DNA of 59,970 nucleotides from Thermoplasmata archaeon (GTDB lineage: Archaea; Thermoplasmatota; Thermoplasmata; Lutacidiplasmatales; UBA184). Shown one piece after another: positions 29,001 through 41,000 of the stretch. Numbering within the stretch: position 1 is the first letter of the stretch; each line of letters opens with the position of its first letter. The notes below the pieces were generated by a model. It was not told the origin of the DNA. It made no database searches and saw only the letters and a program-made list of their open reading frames with translations. Position numbers and translations under genes: made by a program. The DNA lies in NCBI GenBank assembly GCA_028864975.1, contig JAGWLG010000021.1:1-59970 (forward strand). Direction: 5' to 3'.

Positions 29001-32000
29001 GGAGGTGGCGCTCACGCCGCTGCCGTCGGTCGCGGTCAGGGTGTAGCTGCCGGCCGCGGTCCCCGCGGGGACCGTGAAGAGGCAGGAGAAGCTCCCCTGC
29101 GTGTCCGCGGTCGCGGTGCAGGCGGTCCCGGGCGTCCACGTCACGGAGACGGAGGACCCGGCCGTGAAGCCGGTCCCTGAGAGCGTGCTCGTCGCCCCGT
29201 TTGGTGCGGCGCCGGGGCTCGCGGTGAGGCTCGCCAGCACCTGGAACGTGGTGGAGGCGGTCGTCCCCGAAGAGTCCGTCGCGGTGAGCACCACCGGACC
29301 ATGCGGGAGGCTCCAGACGTTGATCGAGCAGGACAGGGTCCCGGCCGCGGAGAGGCCCCCGTAGCAGACCACGCCGCCCGACCACGCGATGTTCAGCCAG
29401 TCGCCCGGCACGAACCCCGAGGCGGTGATCGTGATCGTGGTGCCCACCGCGGCGGAGGCGGGGGAGACCGTGAGCAAGGCGGGAGCGGTCACCTTGAACG
29501 TCGCCGTCGCCGTGTTCGACGCCCCGTCCGCCGCGGTGAACGTGTAGGAGCCCGCCGCGGTCCCGGCAGGGATCGTGAAGTCGCACGAGAAAGAGCCGGT
29601 GCGGTCCGTGGTCGAGGTGCAGACGGTACCGCCCGACCAGGTGACGGTGATCGGCGAGGAGCGCAGGAAGCCCGTGCCGGAGACGGCCACCGCGGTCCCG
29701 GGGGGCCCTCCCGTCGGCGAGAGCGAGAGCGCCGGCGGCTGGACCGTGAAGGTCGCCGAGGCCGAGTTGCCGTCCCCGTCCACCGCCGTGAACGTGTACG
29801 TCCCGATCGCGGTGCGGGCAGGGATCGTGAATCCGCAGCTGAAACTGCCCGTTCCGTCGGTCCCCGGCTGGCAGGCGGTGCCGCCCGCCCACGAGATGGC
29901 GGTCTGCCACCAGTTGACGTTCGGAACGAAGCCGGTCCCCGCGAAGGTGACCGAGGTGCCCCCCGGTCCGGTCGAGGGGGTCGCCGTGAGCGAGGTCGTC
30001 CCGGTCACCACGAAGGAGACCGAGGCGCTGTTCGACGAGGCGTCGGTGGCGGTGAACGCGTAGGTCCCCGTGATCGTCCCGGCGGGGACGACGAAGACGC
30101 AGGTGAAGTCCCCCTGTCGGTTGGTGGTGAGCGAGCACGCCGTCCCCCCGCTCCAGGTGAGCGTGAGGGCCGAGACGGCGGCGTACCCCCGACCCGAGAA
30201 GTCGATGCTGGTGCCGATGGGGCCGCCCGGGAGCGAGGCCGTGAGCGTCGCGGTCACGACCGTGAACGTCGTGCTGGCCGTGTCGCCGAAGGCATCGGCC
30301 GCCACGAACGTGTACGTCCCGGCCGGGGTCCCCACGGGGATCGAGAGCGAGCAAGTGAAGCTCCCGGTGGCGCTCGTCCCGGGGTTGCACACCCCGCCCT
30401 GGTACCAGGTGAGCGAGTCCTCCCACCAGGGGGCGTTGGAGGCGAACCCGTTCCCGGTGAAGGTGACCGACGTGCCGACCGGGCCGGAGCTGGGGGAGTC
30501 GGCGAGCGTTGTCGCCGCCCCCGTCACCTCGAACAGGACGCTGGCCGTGTCGCCGGCCCCGTCGTTCGCCGTGAAGGCGTAGCTTCCCGACGCCGTCCCG
30601 ACAGGGATCGTGAACGAGCAGGTGAAGTCCCCGTTGGCCGCCACCGTCGACGTGCAGGCGGTCCCGGCCGGCCAGGAGACCGTCGCCGTCCTCCCCGCGC
30701 CGAAGGCGGTGCCGCTGAAGGTGATACGGCTGCCCACCGGTCCGCCCGTGATCGTCTGGCCCCCCTCCTCCTCGTAGAGGGAGGAGGTGAGCTGGAAGGT
30801 CGCGCTGGCGTGGTCGCCGTAGGTGTCCGCGGCCGTGAACGTGTAGGTCCCGGCAGGCTCGGCCGGGACGGTGAACGAGCAGCTCATGGAGCCCTGGCTG
30901 TCGGCCGTGCCTCCGCAGACGCTGCCTCCGGTCCAGGAGATGGCGACGTTCGACCCGACGACGTATCCGCCCGCGGTGAACGAGACGGAGTCCCCGACGA
31001 TCCCCACGGTGGGGTTGAGGGTGAGCCCGGGGGCCCCCGTCACGTAGAAGCCCACGGTCGCGCTGGCCCCGTAGGCGTCGGTGGCGCGGAACGCGTAGGT
31101 CCCGGCAGCGGTCCCCCCGGGGATCACGAAGTTGCAGGTGAAGCCCCCCAGCGAGCTCGTGGTGAGCGAACAGGCGGTCCCCGGCGCCCAGGTCACGGTG
31201 AGGGCGACCCCCGGCGAGAAGCCGACGCCGTTCAGGAAGACCTCGACCCCCGGCGGGGCCCCGGGTACCGAGACCGCGACGCCGGGCGTGGTGACCGTGA
31301 AGCCGACCGAGGCCGTGAGCGAGGCGGCGTCCTTCGCGGTGAAGGTGTACCCTGCGGGGCTCGTCCCCGTCGGGACCGTGAACGAGCAGGAGAACGTGCC
31401 CGAGGCGGAGGTCGTCCCCGAACAGGCCGTCCCCCCGCTCCAGGTAAGCGTGTAGGAGGAGGTCGCGGTGAACGCCGTCCCCGAGAAGGTGAGGGGGATC
31501 CCCACCGCCCCCGAAGGCGAGGAGACCGTGAGCGCCGGGGTCGCGACGTAGAAGGGCACCGAGGCCGAATGGGTGCCGTCCGAGGCGACGACGGAGTGGG
31601 TCCCGCTCGTCGCTCCCGCGGGCACCGTGGCCGCGCACGAGAAGCTCCCCGAGGTGGTCGCCGTGGCCGTGCAGAGCGTCCCGCCCCCGAACCAGGTGAC
31701 GGTGATCGACCCGCTCGCGGCGTAGCCTGACCCGCTCACGGTGAAGGCGCTACCGGGCTGTCCCGTGTCCGGGCTCGCGGAGACCAAGGTGTAGATCGTG
31801 TAGCTCCCCGTGGCACTGTTGGAGGCGGCGTCGGTCGCGGTGAAGACGTAGCTCCCCGCAGGGGTCGCCCCGGGCGAGAACGCGCAGGAGAACGTCCCGT
31901 TCCCCGCCGTCGTCGCGGTGCAGGCCGTCCCGCCCGACCAGGAGACCGTGACCGCGCTCGCGGCGGCGAAGCCGTAGCCGGTGAACTTCACCGGGGCCCC

Positions 32001-35000
32001 GACAGGGCCTCCGGGGGCGGAGAGGACGAGCGAGGGGGTGGCCGTGAAGCTCGCCGAGGCCGAGATCCCATCCTGGTCGCGCGCCGTGAAGGTGTAGGTG
32101 CCGGCAGGCACCGCGGGGAGGGACCACGAGCAGGAGAGGGTCCCTGCGCTCGTCGTGTCCGGGGCGTTGTACGGCCAGCCCTGGCTGCTGCAGACCACCA
32201 GGTCGAACCCCCCTCCCTGGAAGAGGATGGTGAAGGGGACGCTCGAGGTGTAGCCCGTACCCGACAGGGTGAGGCCGGTCCCGTAGGGACCTGTCGTCAC
32301 GGACGCCGTCAACACTGTCGTTCCCGTCGCGTAGAAGGAGGTGGTGGCGCTGTTGCCGCTCCCGTCGGTCGCGGTGAACGTGTACCCGCCGACGGCGGTG
32401 CCGGTGGGCACCGTGAACACGCAGGAGAAGACCCCGTCAAGGTCCGAGCTTCCTGTGCAGGCGGTCCCGGAGGTCCAGGTCACCGTGATCGAGGAGCTGG
32501 CATGGAACCCGTTGCCGCGGAAGGTCGCCTCGGACCCGATGGGCCCTCCCGCGGGTCCGACCGAGAGCGCAGCGACGACGGTCATCGTCGCACTGGCCGT
32601 GTTCCCGTCGGTGTCCGTGGCCGTGAAGAGGTAGCTCACCCCGGGGACCGTCGGAAGGACGAAGGAGCAGGTGAACGTCCCGCTGGGAGAGGTACCGGTG
32701 GAGCAGCCGGAGCCGTAGGTCCAGCTGATGCCGACCCCGTACCAGGGGAGGTTCGGCGCGAAACCGGCCCCGGTGAGGGTCACGGTCGACCCGACCGTCG
32801 CCGTCGGGGTGACCGAGAGCGTGGTCGTCCCCGTCGCCTCGAAGAGCGCGCTGGCCTTGTTGCCGCTGGCGTCGGTGGCGGTCATGACGTAGCTCCCGAC
32901 GGCCGTCCCTGCGGGGACGCTGAAGGTGCACGTGAGGTCCCCCCGGGAGTCCGTCGTGGCCGTGCAGGCAGTGCCCCCGGAGTAGGTGACGGTGGTCGAG
33001 GAGAGGGAGGCGAACCCGGTCCCCGTGAAGGTGACCAGGGTCCCGACGGGTCCGCCCTTCGGGCTGTCCGCGAAGCTCGGAGTGACCGTGAAGCTCGCGG
33101 TGGCCGTACCGCCGCTGCCGTCAGTGGCGCTGAAGGAGGTCGAGCCCGCCGGCGCGTCCGGGAGGGTGAAGGAGCAGGTGAAGCTCCCCAGGGCGTCCGC
33201 CGTCGTCCCGCAGGCGATCCCTTCGAGCCAGCTGACCGTGACACCGGCCTGCGGCAGGAAGCCCGAGCCAACGAACGTGATCGGGGTCCCCACCGGCCCG
33301 GTCGATGGGGAGAGGGCCAGCGAGAGCGAGGCCGTGACGAAGAAGATGGCCGAGGCGGTGAGACCGGACACGCTGCCCAACACCTCCAGACTGCCTACGG
33401 GCCAGCCCGAGGGCACGACGAAGGTGCAGCTCAGGTCCCCGAGCGGGGTGGTGGTCGTCGTGCAGACCGCCGTTCCCTTGACCCAGACCGTGGCCGGCGC
33501 CGAGGGGGCGAAGCCGCGCGCGGTCGCGTCAAGGGTGGTGCCCGTGGGTCCGGCGTAGACCGAGAGGGCGAGCGTCGGGAAGACCGAGAACGTCGTGGTG
33601 GCACTGTCGCCCCAGGAGTCCGCCATGGTGAACAGCGTCGCCCCCGCCGGAGTATCCGCGATCGTGAGCGAACAGCTCGCCTGGCCCGTCCCGTCGGACG
33701 TGGTCTGGCAGACGTTCCCCTCCGCCCAGCCGAGGGAGAGGAGGGAGTTCGCCGGGAACCCCGTGGCTTGGAACGAGAGCGAGCTCCCCACCGGACCCTC
33801 TCCCGGGAGGACCGAGAGCGTGGGCGCCCCGGTCGAGTAGAAGAGCGAGGCCGCGCGGTTCCCCGAGCTGTCCGACGCGTCGATGGAGATCTCTCCCGCT
33901 GGGGTCCCTGCCGGGACCCGGGCGGAGCAGGAGAAGCTCCCCAGGGGGTCGGTGGTCGCCGTGCAGAAGAGGCTGCTCGGGAGGTTGACGGTCACGGACG
34001 CGCTGGCGGCGAAGCTCGCTCCCTGCACCTGGACGAGCGTGCCGGGGGCTCCCCCCGGCAGCGACAGGGAGAGGACCGGCACCACGTTGAACACGGCCCA
34101 AGCCGTGTCGCCGTAGCTGTCGTTGGCCGTGAGCCGCACGCCGCCCCCGACCCAGGTAGGGAGCGTGTACGTGCAGCTGAAGTCCCCTCCCGTCGCCGTC
34201 CCCGTGCAAACGGCGCCCCACCCGGGAGCGGTCACCGTGACCGTGCTCGAGAAGGCGAAGCCCGTCATGTAGAGGTAGAGCGGGCTCCCTGAGGTCCCGC
34301 TCGGCGCCGAGAGGACGAGGAGGGGCGCCCCGCTCGAGACCGCGAGCACCGCCGAAGACGTGTCGCCCGACCCGTCGGTGGCGGTGAGCCCGTAGGTCCC
34401 CGGGGCGGTGCCGACCGGGACCACGAAGACGCAAGTGAAGCTCCCCGTCGGGTCCGTCGTGGCGGTGCAGGCCGTCCCTCCGCTCCAAGAGACCGTGACC
34501 GCGGAGCTCGCCGCGAAGCCGGTCCCCGAGAGCACCGCATGCAGTCCCGCCGGGCCCCCCGCGGGAGCGACGGCCAGGGCGGCGGCGGCGCCGGGGCTGA
34601 CCGTGAACGGCGTGCTCCCCTGGTTCCCGCTCGCGTCGGTGGCGACCAGGGCATAGGAGCCTCCCGGGGTCCCCACGGGTACGGTGAACGTGCAGCTGAA
34701 CGTGCCCTGGACGTCCGTGAGAGCGGTGCAGACGAGGCCGCGGCTCCAGCGGACCTGGACGGAGGAGAGCGCCGCGAAGCCGAGGCCCGAGACGGTCACC
34801 GAGGCGCCGATGCCTCCCTGGGCCGGGAGGACCGTCGCCGTCGGCGTCAGTGTGAGGTTGGTCGTGGCAACGTCCCCGGCAGAGTCGGTCGCGGTGAGGA
34901 GGTACCTACCTGCCGGCAAGGTGGGGACCGTGAAGGAGCAGCTGAACACCCCGTAGAGCCCGTTCGACCAGACGCTGCAGAGGGTCCCGTAGTTCCACGA

Positions 35001-38000
35001 GACCGTGACGTACTGTCCAACGGAGGGACCGAACCCCGAACCCACGACGTTCACGCTGGCGCCCACCTCCGTCGTGGAGGGAGAGGCGGACACCTCGGGA
35101 GCCGGCACCACCGTTACGACCACCGAGGCCTGGTGGCCGTTCGAGTCCCTGGCCCCGAAGTCGTAGGTGCCGGGGGCGGTCGCCGCTGGGACCGACCACC
35201 GGCAGGAGAACGAGCCGTCCGGCGCGGTGTTGAGCGTGCAGAGGGTCCCGCCGGACCACGTGAGGGTAACCGAGGTCAGCGCGGAGAACCCGGCTCCCGT
35301 GAAGGTCACGGTCCCCCCTGTCGCCACGCCGGTGGGGGCGGCCGTGAGGGACGGGCCCACGACCACGGTCCCGTTGGCGAAGTCGCCGTAGATGTCGGCC
35401 GCGGTGACCCCGTAGCGTCCGTCCGGCACGTAGGAGGGAATCGTGTAAGTGCATGGACCGAGACGGCCGATGCTCGAGGTCCCCGGATTGCAGATGTTGC
35501 CGTAGGTCCAGTTGATCCAGGTCTCCCACCAGGGTACGTTACCCAGGAAGCCGCTCGCCCCGATCGTGACGGCCGTTCCCGCGGGGACGGTCCCCGGGGA
35601 GACCGAGAGCTGGGGGAAGCCCCCTGCATAGAACTTGAGCGAGGCCGCGTTCCCCGCCCCATCCACCGCCGTGAACCCGTAGGAACCTGGGACCGTCCCC
35701 TTGGGGACGGTCCAGGAGCAGGAGAAGGACCCGGCAAGGTCGGAGGTCGCGGTGCACCCGGGAGCCCCTCCATCCCAGGTCAGCGTGATCGCGGAGGACG
35801 CGGCGAACCCCGCGCCGCGGAAGTCCACGGTGGAACCCGCCGGCGCGTTCACGGCCGCGAGACCGTAGACCGTGGCCGAGATCACCGGCACGACCTTGAA
35901 CGAGGTGGAGGCGAAGTCGTCCCACCCGTCGCTCGCCGTGAACGTGTCGGTACCGAAGGGGGTGCCGGGCAGGGTGAGCCCGCAGCTGAACGTCCCGGTG
36001 GAGCTCGCCCCGCCCGAACAGCCGTTCCCGATCGGGCCCACCACGACGACGTTGGCGCCGGGGACGTAACCGGTGCCGTAGAAGGCGACCGAGGTGCCCG
36101 GGGTCGCCACGCTGACGGAGACGAGGAGCGTGGTCGTCCCCGTCGCCACCACGAGCAGCGTCGCGCCCGCCCCGGCCGCGTCGGTCGCCGAGAACCCGTA
36201 CGACCCGACCGCGAGGCCCGCGGGCAGGGTGAACGTGCAGACGAAGGTCCCGGTGGGGGTCGTCGCGACGGAGCAGACCGTTCCCGAAGGCCAGGTCACG
36301 GTGACCGTGGAGGAGACGGTGAAGCCGCTCCCCTCGATCGTCAGGACGATCCCCGACGGGCCCCCGGGGGGCACCGCCGTGAGCATCGGGGTGGTGACCG
36401 TGAAGGGAACGCCGGCCGTGTTCCCCACTCCGTCGGTCGCCGTGAACGTGTAGCTGCCGGCGGAGGTCGTGAGGGGGATCGTGTAGCTGCAGGTGAAGAC
36501 CCCTTGCGCGTTGGTCGTCCCCGAGCAGGCCGTGCCCCCGCTCCAGGTGACGGTGAACGAGGAGGAGGCGGCGAACCCGCTTCCCGCGAAGGTGACCGAG
36601 GTGCCGGTCGGACCTTGCCCGGGCGTCTCGGCCAGGTTCGGCGAGAGCAGGGTGAACGAGGCCGTGGCGGAGTTCCCCGGACGGTCGGTGGCGGTGAAGG
36701 TGTAGGTCCCGGCGGGGACCGCGAGGGGCAGGACGAAGGAGCAGGAGAACTCGCCCACCGAGTTCGTCGTCGCCGTGCAGGCCGTGCCCCGGCTCCAGTT
36801 GAGCCAGACGGAGCTCAAGGCCGCGAAGTAGGTCCCCGTGGCAACGACGGTGCCCCCTTGGGGTCCGGAGGTGGGGGAGAGGGCAAGGGCGGGCGAGACG
36901 ACCTGGAAGGTGGTGCCGGCCGTGTGGCCCGGGCGGTCGGTCGCGGTGAAGCCATACGTCCCGGGGGCGGTCCCTGTCGGGACGGAGTAGGGGCAGGAGA
37001 AAGCGCCCAGAGCGCTCGTCGTCCCCGTGCAGGCCACCCCTCGGCTCCAGTTGAGCCACAGGGGGGCCGAGGCGGTGAGGCCGGTCACCGAGAAGGAGAG
37101 GACCGTCCCCACGCGGCCTTCTCCCGGAGCGACCGACAGCATCCCGTTCACCTGGAGCGACGCGGTCGCGGTGTTCGAGGCGCCGTCCGTCGCCGTGACC
37201 GTGTGGGCGCCGTAGGGGACGCTCCCGACGAAGAAGGTGCACGAGAAGGCGCCCTCACCATCGGTGGTACCGGTGCAGAGCGTCCCCCACGTCCAGGAGA
37301 CCGTGACCGGCGACCGGACCGCGAAGCCCGTGCCTTGCACCTCTACCCCCGTCCCGAAGGTCGCGGAGCTGGTGGAGAGGCTGAGGACGGGAGGGCTTGT
37401 GGGGTTCACCGTGAAGGAGGACGACGCGGTGTTGGAGGAAGCGTCGGTCGCGGTGAAAGTGTAGCCCCCTGGGGCGGTGCCCACCGGTACCAGGAACGTG
37501 CAGAGGAAGCTCCCCAGGCCACCCGAGGTGAGGGAGCAGGGGCTCGGGCCACCCCCGGTCCAGGTCACGGTGGTCGCCGAGTAGGCCCCGAACCCGCTCC
37601 CCGTCAGGACGACGGTGGTGCCGGCGGGGCCGCTCCCCGGAGCGATGGCGAGCGAGCTCGTGACCACGAACGGAGTGGCGGCGGTGTTCCCGTAGGCGTC
37701 CTGGACGAAGAGCGAGATCGTCCCCGCGGGAGTCGCGGGAAGGGTGAACCCGCAAGAGGCCGTCCCCGTGGCGCTCGTCGTCACCGAGCAGATCTGGCCT
37801 TGCGAACCGTAGAACTGGGCCGCCACAGAGCTCACGAGCCCGCTCGCGCTGAGGGTGATGGACGTCCCCACGGGACCGGAGAGGGGGCTGGGGGTGAGCG
37901 TCGGGCTCCCCGTTACCTGGAAGAAGACCGTCGCGGTGTTCGTGGAGGCGTCCGTCCCCGTGAAGGCGTAGCTCCCCGTCGTGGTCCCCGAGGGGATCGA

Positions 38001-41000
38001 GTAGACGCAGCCGAAGCTCCCCCCGGTGTCGGTCGTGGCCGTGCACGCCGTGCCCGAGGTCCAGGTCACGGAGACCGCCGACCCGGCGGCGTATCCCGTC
38101 CCCTGGAACTCGACCGGGGTCCCGGTGGGGCCTCCCACGACCGATTCCCCGAGCGCCGGGGTCACGGTGAACGTCTGCGTGGGCTGGTCGCCGTACCCGT
38201 CCGAGGCGGTGAAGGTGTAGGTCCCGTGCGGGACGGCCGGGAGGTTGAACGAGCAGGTGAACGTCCCGGTCGCTGAGGTCCCGGGGTCGCACGGCGTCCC
38301 GTAGGACCAGGAGATCAAGCCCCCCTTCCAGTAGGGGACGTTGGGCACGAGCCCGGTCGCGCTGAACGCGACCGAGGTCCCGACCGGTCCCGAACTCGTG
38401 CTCTCGGTGAGGCCGGTCGTCCCCGTGGCCTCGAAGAGCAGGCTCGCGGTGTTCGTGGCGGAGTCCGTCCCGGTGAACGCGTAGGAGCCGACGGTGGTCC
38501 CCCCCGGCAGGACGTAGGAGCAGCTGAACGAGCCCTGGACGTCGGTCGTCGTCGAGCACGCCGTCCCGGAGGTCCATGTAACCGAGACGGTCAGGCTGGC
38601 GCCATAGCCGGTACCGGAGAAGACGACCTGGATCCCGCTCGGGCCGCCGGGGATGGAGGAGGTGAGGGAAGGGTCGACGATGAACGGCGTGGAGGCCGTG
38701 TTCCCTTCCCCGTCCGTGGCGGTGATCGCGACGGACCCCGCCGGGGTGGGGGGAAGCTGGAACCCGCACGAGAAGGCCCCGGCCGAGTCGGTCGTGACCG
38801 TGCACTCGACGTTCCCCAGGAGCGAAACGACGACCCCGGAGGAGATGGCGAACCCGCTCCCCGAGAGCGAGATGGAGGTGCCGACCGGCCCGTGGTTCGG
38901 GCTGGGAGAGAGCGCCGGCGTGCCGGTGACCTGGAAGACGACAGGGGAGGAATGCCCGAGACCGTCCGTGGCCGTGAACGTGGTCGACCCCGCGGCCGTC
39001 CCCACCGGCAGGACGTAGAAGCAGAGGAAGGACCCGGCGCTGTCCGTCGAGGTCGTGCAGGCGGTCCCCCCGCTCCAGGTCACGCTGACGCTCCCGGAGG
39101 CGGCGAAGCCGGTCCCCCGGAACTCGATCGAGGTCCCTCCGGGCCCTCCCGTGGGGGATCCCACCAGCCGGGGGTTCACCGTAAAGCTCACGACCGCCGA
39201 GAGCCCCGCGCCATCGACGGCGGTGAACGCCTCGGGGCCCGCGGGCATGGCGGGGACGACGGCGGTGCAGCTGAAGGTCCCCGAGGTCGAGGTGTAGGCC
39301 CCGCAGACCCCGCCCCCGCTCCACGAGACCTGGACCCCGGAGGAAGGCGTGAAAGCGCTGCCGGTGAAGTCGAAGGAAGCCCCCACGGGGCCAGAGGAGG
39401 GGGTGACCGAGAGCGACGGGGCCGCAGCGGTCACCACGGTGAACGTCGTGCTGGCCGTCCCGCCGGAGCCGTCGGTCGCCGTGAACCCGTACGCCCCTGC
39501 GGCGGTGCCCGCCGGGATGGCGAACGTGCAGGAGAAGGCGCCCTGGGCGCTCGAGGTCGCGGTGCACGCGGTCCCCTGGGTCCAGGCGAGGGTGATCGAG
39601 GAGCTGACGGCGAACCCGGAACCCTCGAAGAGGACGGACGTCCCGGCCTGGCCCGACGGGGGAGAGGACTGCAGCTCACGCGTGGTGGTGACCGTGAAGA
39701 CGTTGCCGGCGAAGTTGCCGCTCGCGTCCCTCCCGGTGAATCCGTGGGAACCGGGAGCGGTCGTCGGTCCGATGCTGAAGACGCAGGCGAAGGAGCCGAA
39801 GCGGTCCGTCGTCGCCGTGCACGCGGTACCAGCGTCCCAGGTCACGGTCACCGTGGAGGAGGCCGCGTACCCGGTCCCGGAGATCACGAAGGAGGTACCC
39901 AGGCCCCCGGAGGAGAGGGAGAGGGAGAGCTCGGGGACCACCGTGAACATGGCGGTCGCCGCGTCGCCGTTCCCATCGCGGGCGGTCAGGGTCTGGCCCC
40001 CTGCTGGGAGCCCCGAGAGCGAGAACCCGCAGGTGAAGGAGCCGTCGGAGCCTGCCCCGTACCAGACGTTGCAGGCGACGCCCGCCGCGCTGATCACGGA
40101 GGTGGCCGATCCGGCCAGGAACCCGTTGCCGGAGGAGAAGATGGAGCTCCCCTCCGGGCCGGCCCCGGGCAGCACCTGGAAGGAGGGGGCGCCCACGACC
40201 CGGGCGGAGGTGGCGGAGGAGAGGCCCCCCGCGATGGCGTCGAACGTGTAGCTACCGGGAGCGGTCCCGCCCGGCACGACCAGCGTGCACGCGAAGCTCC
40301 CGTGGGTGTCCGTGGTGGCCGTGCAGGCTGTCCCTGGGGTCCAGCTCACGGCGACCGCGGTGGAGGCGGGGAAGCTGCTCCCCGAGAAGACGAGCGCATC
40401 CCCCGTGGGGGCCGTGGTCGAGGAGACGGTGAGGCTCGGGGCGATGACGACCGTGGTCGAGGCCTGGTGCCCCTCCCCGTCGTTGAACGAGAAGACGTAG
40501 GACCCTCCCGGCTGGCCCGAGGGGATGGTGAGGCCACAGCTGAACGACCCGAAGACGTTGGTCCCTGGCTGGCAGATGCCACCGCCGGTCCAGGAGAGCG
40601 AGGTGATCCACCAGTAGACGTTGGACCCGAAGCCGTTGCCGACGAGCTCGACGTTGGCCCCCGGAGTGACCACGCCGGGCGTGGCCGAGAGCACGGGAGC
40701 GGAGCCCGTGACCTGGAAAAGGATCGTGGCCAGGTCGTTGGACGCGTCCTTGGCGGTGAAGATGTAGTCCCCGGGCGGTGTACCGGCCGCCACCGTGGCC
40801 TGGCAGGAGAAGCTCCCCGTGGCGCCCGTGGTGGAGGAGCACGCGGTGCCTCCGGCGTAGGTCACCGAGACCAGCGAACCGCCGGCATAGCCCTCTCCCT
40901 GGAAGAGCACGCCGCTACCGGCGGAGGCGCCGGAGAGGCTTTCGGTGAGCCCCGGCACGACATTGAAGGTCGTGGAGGCCGTGTCGCCGGAGGGGTCCGT

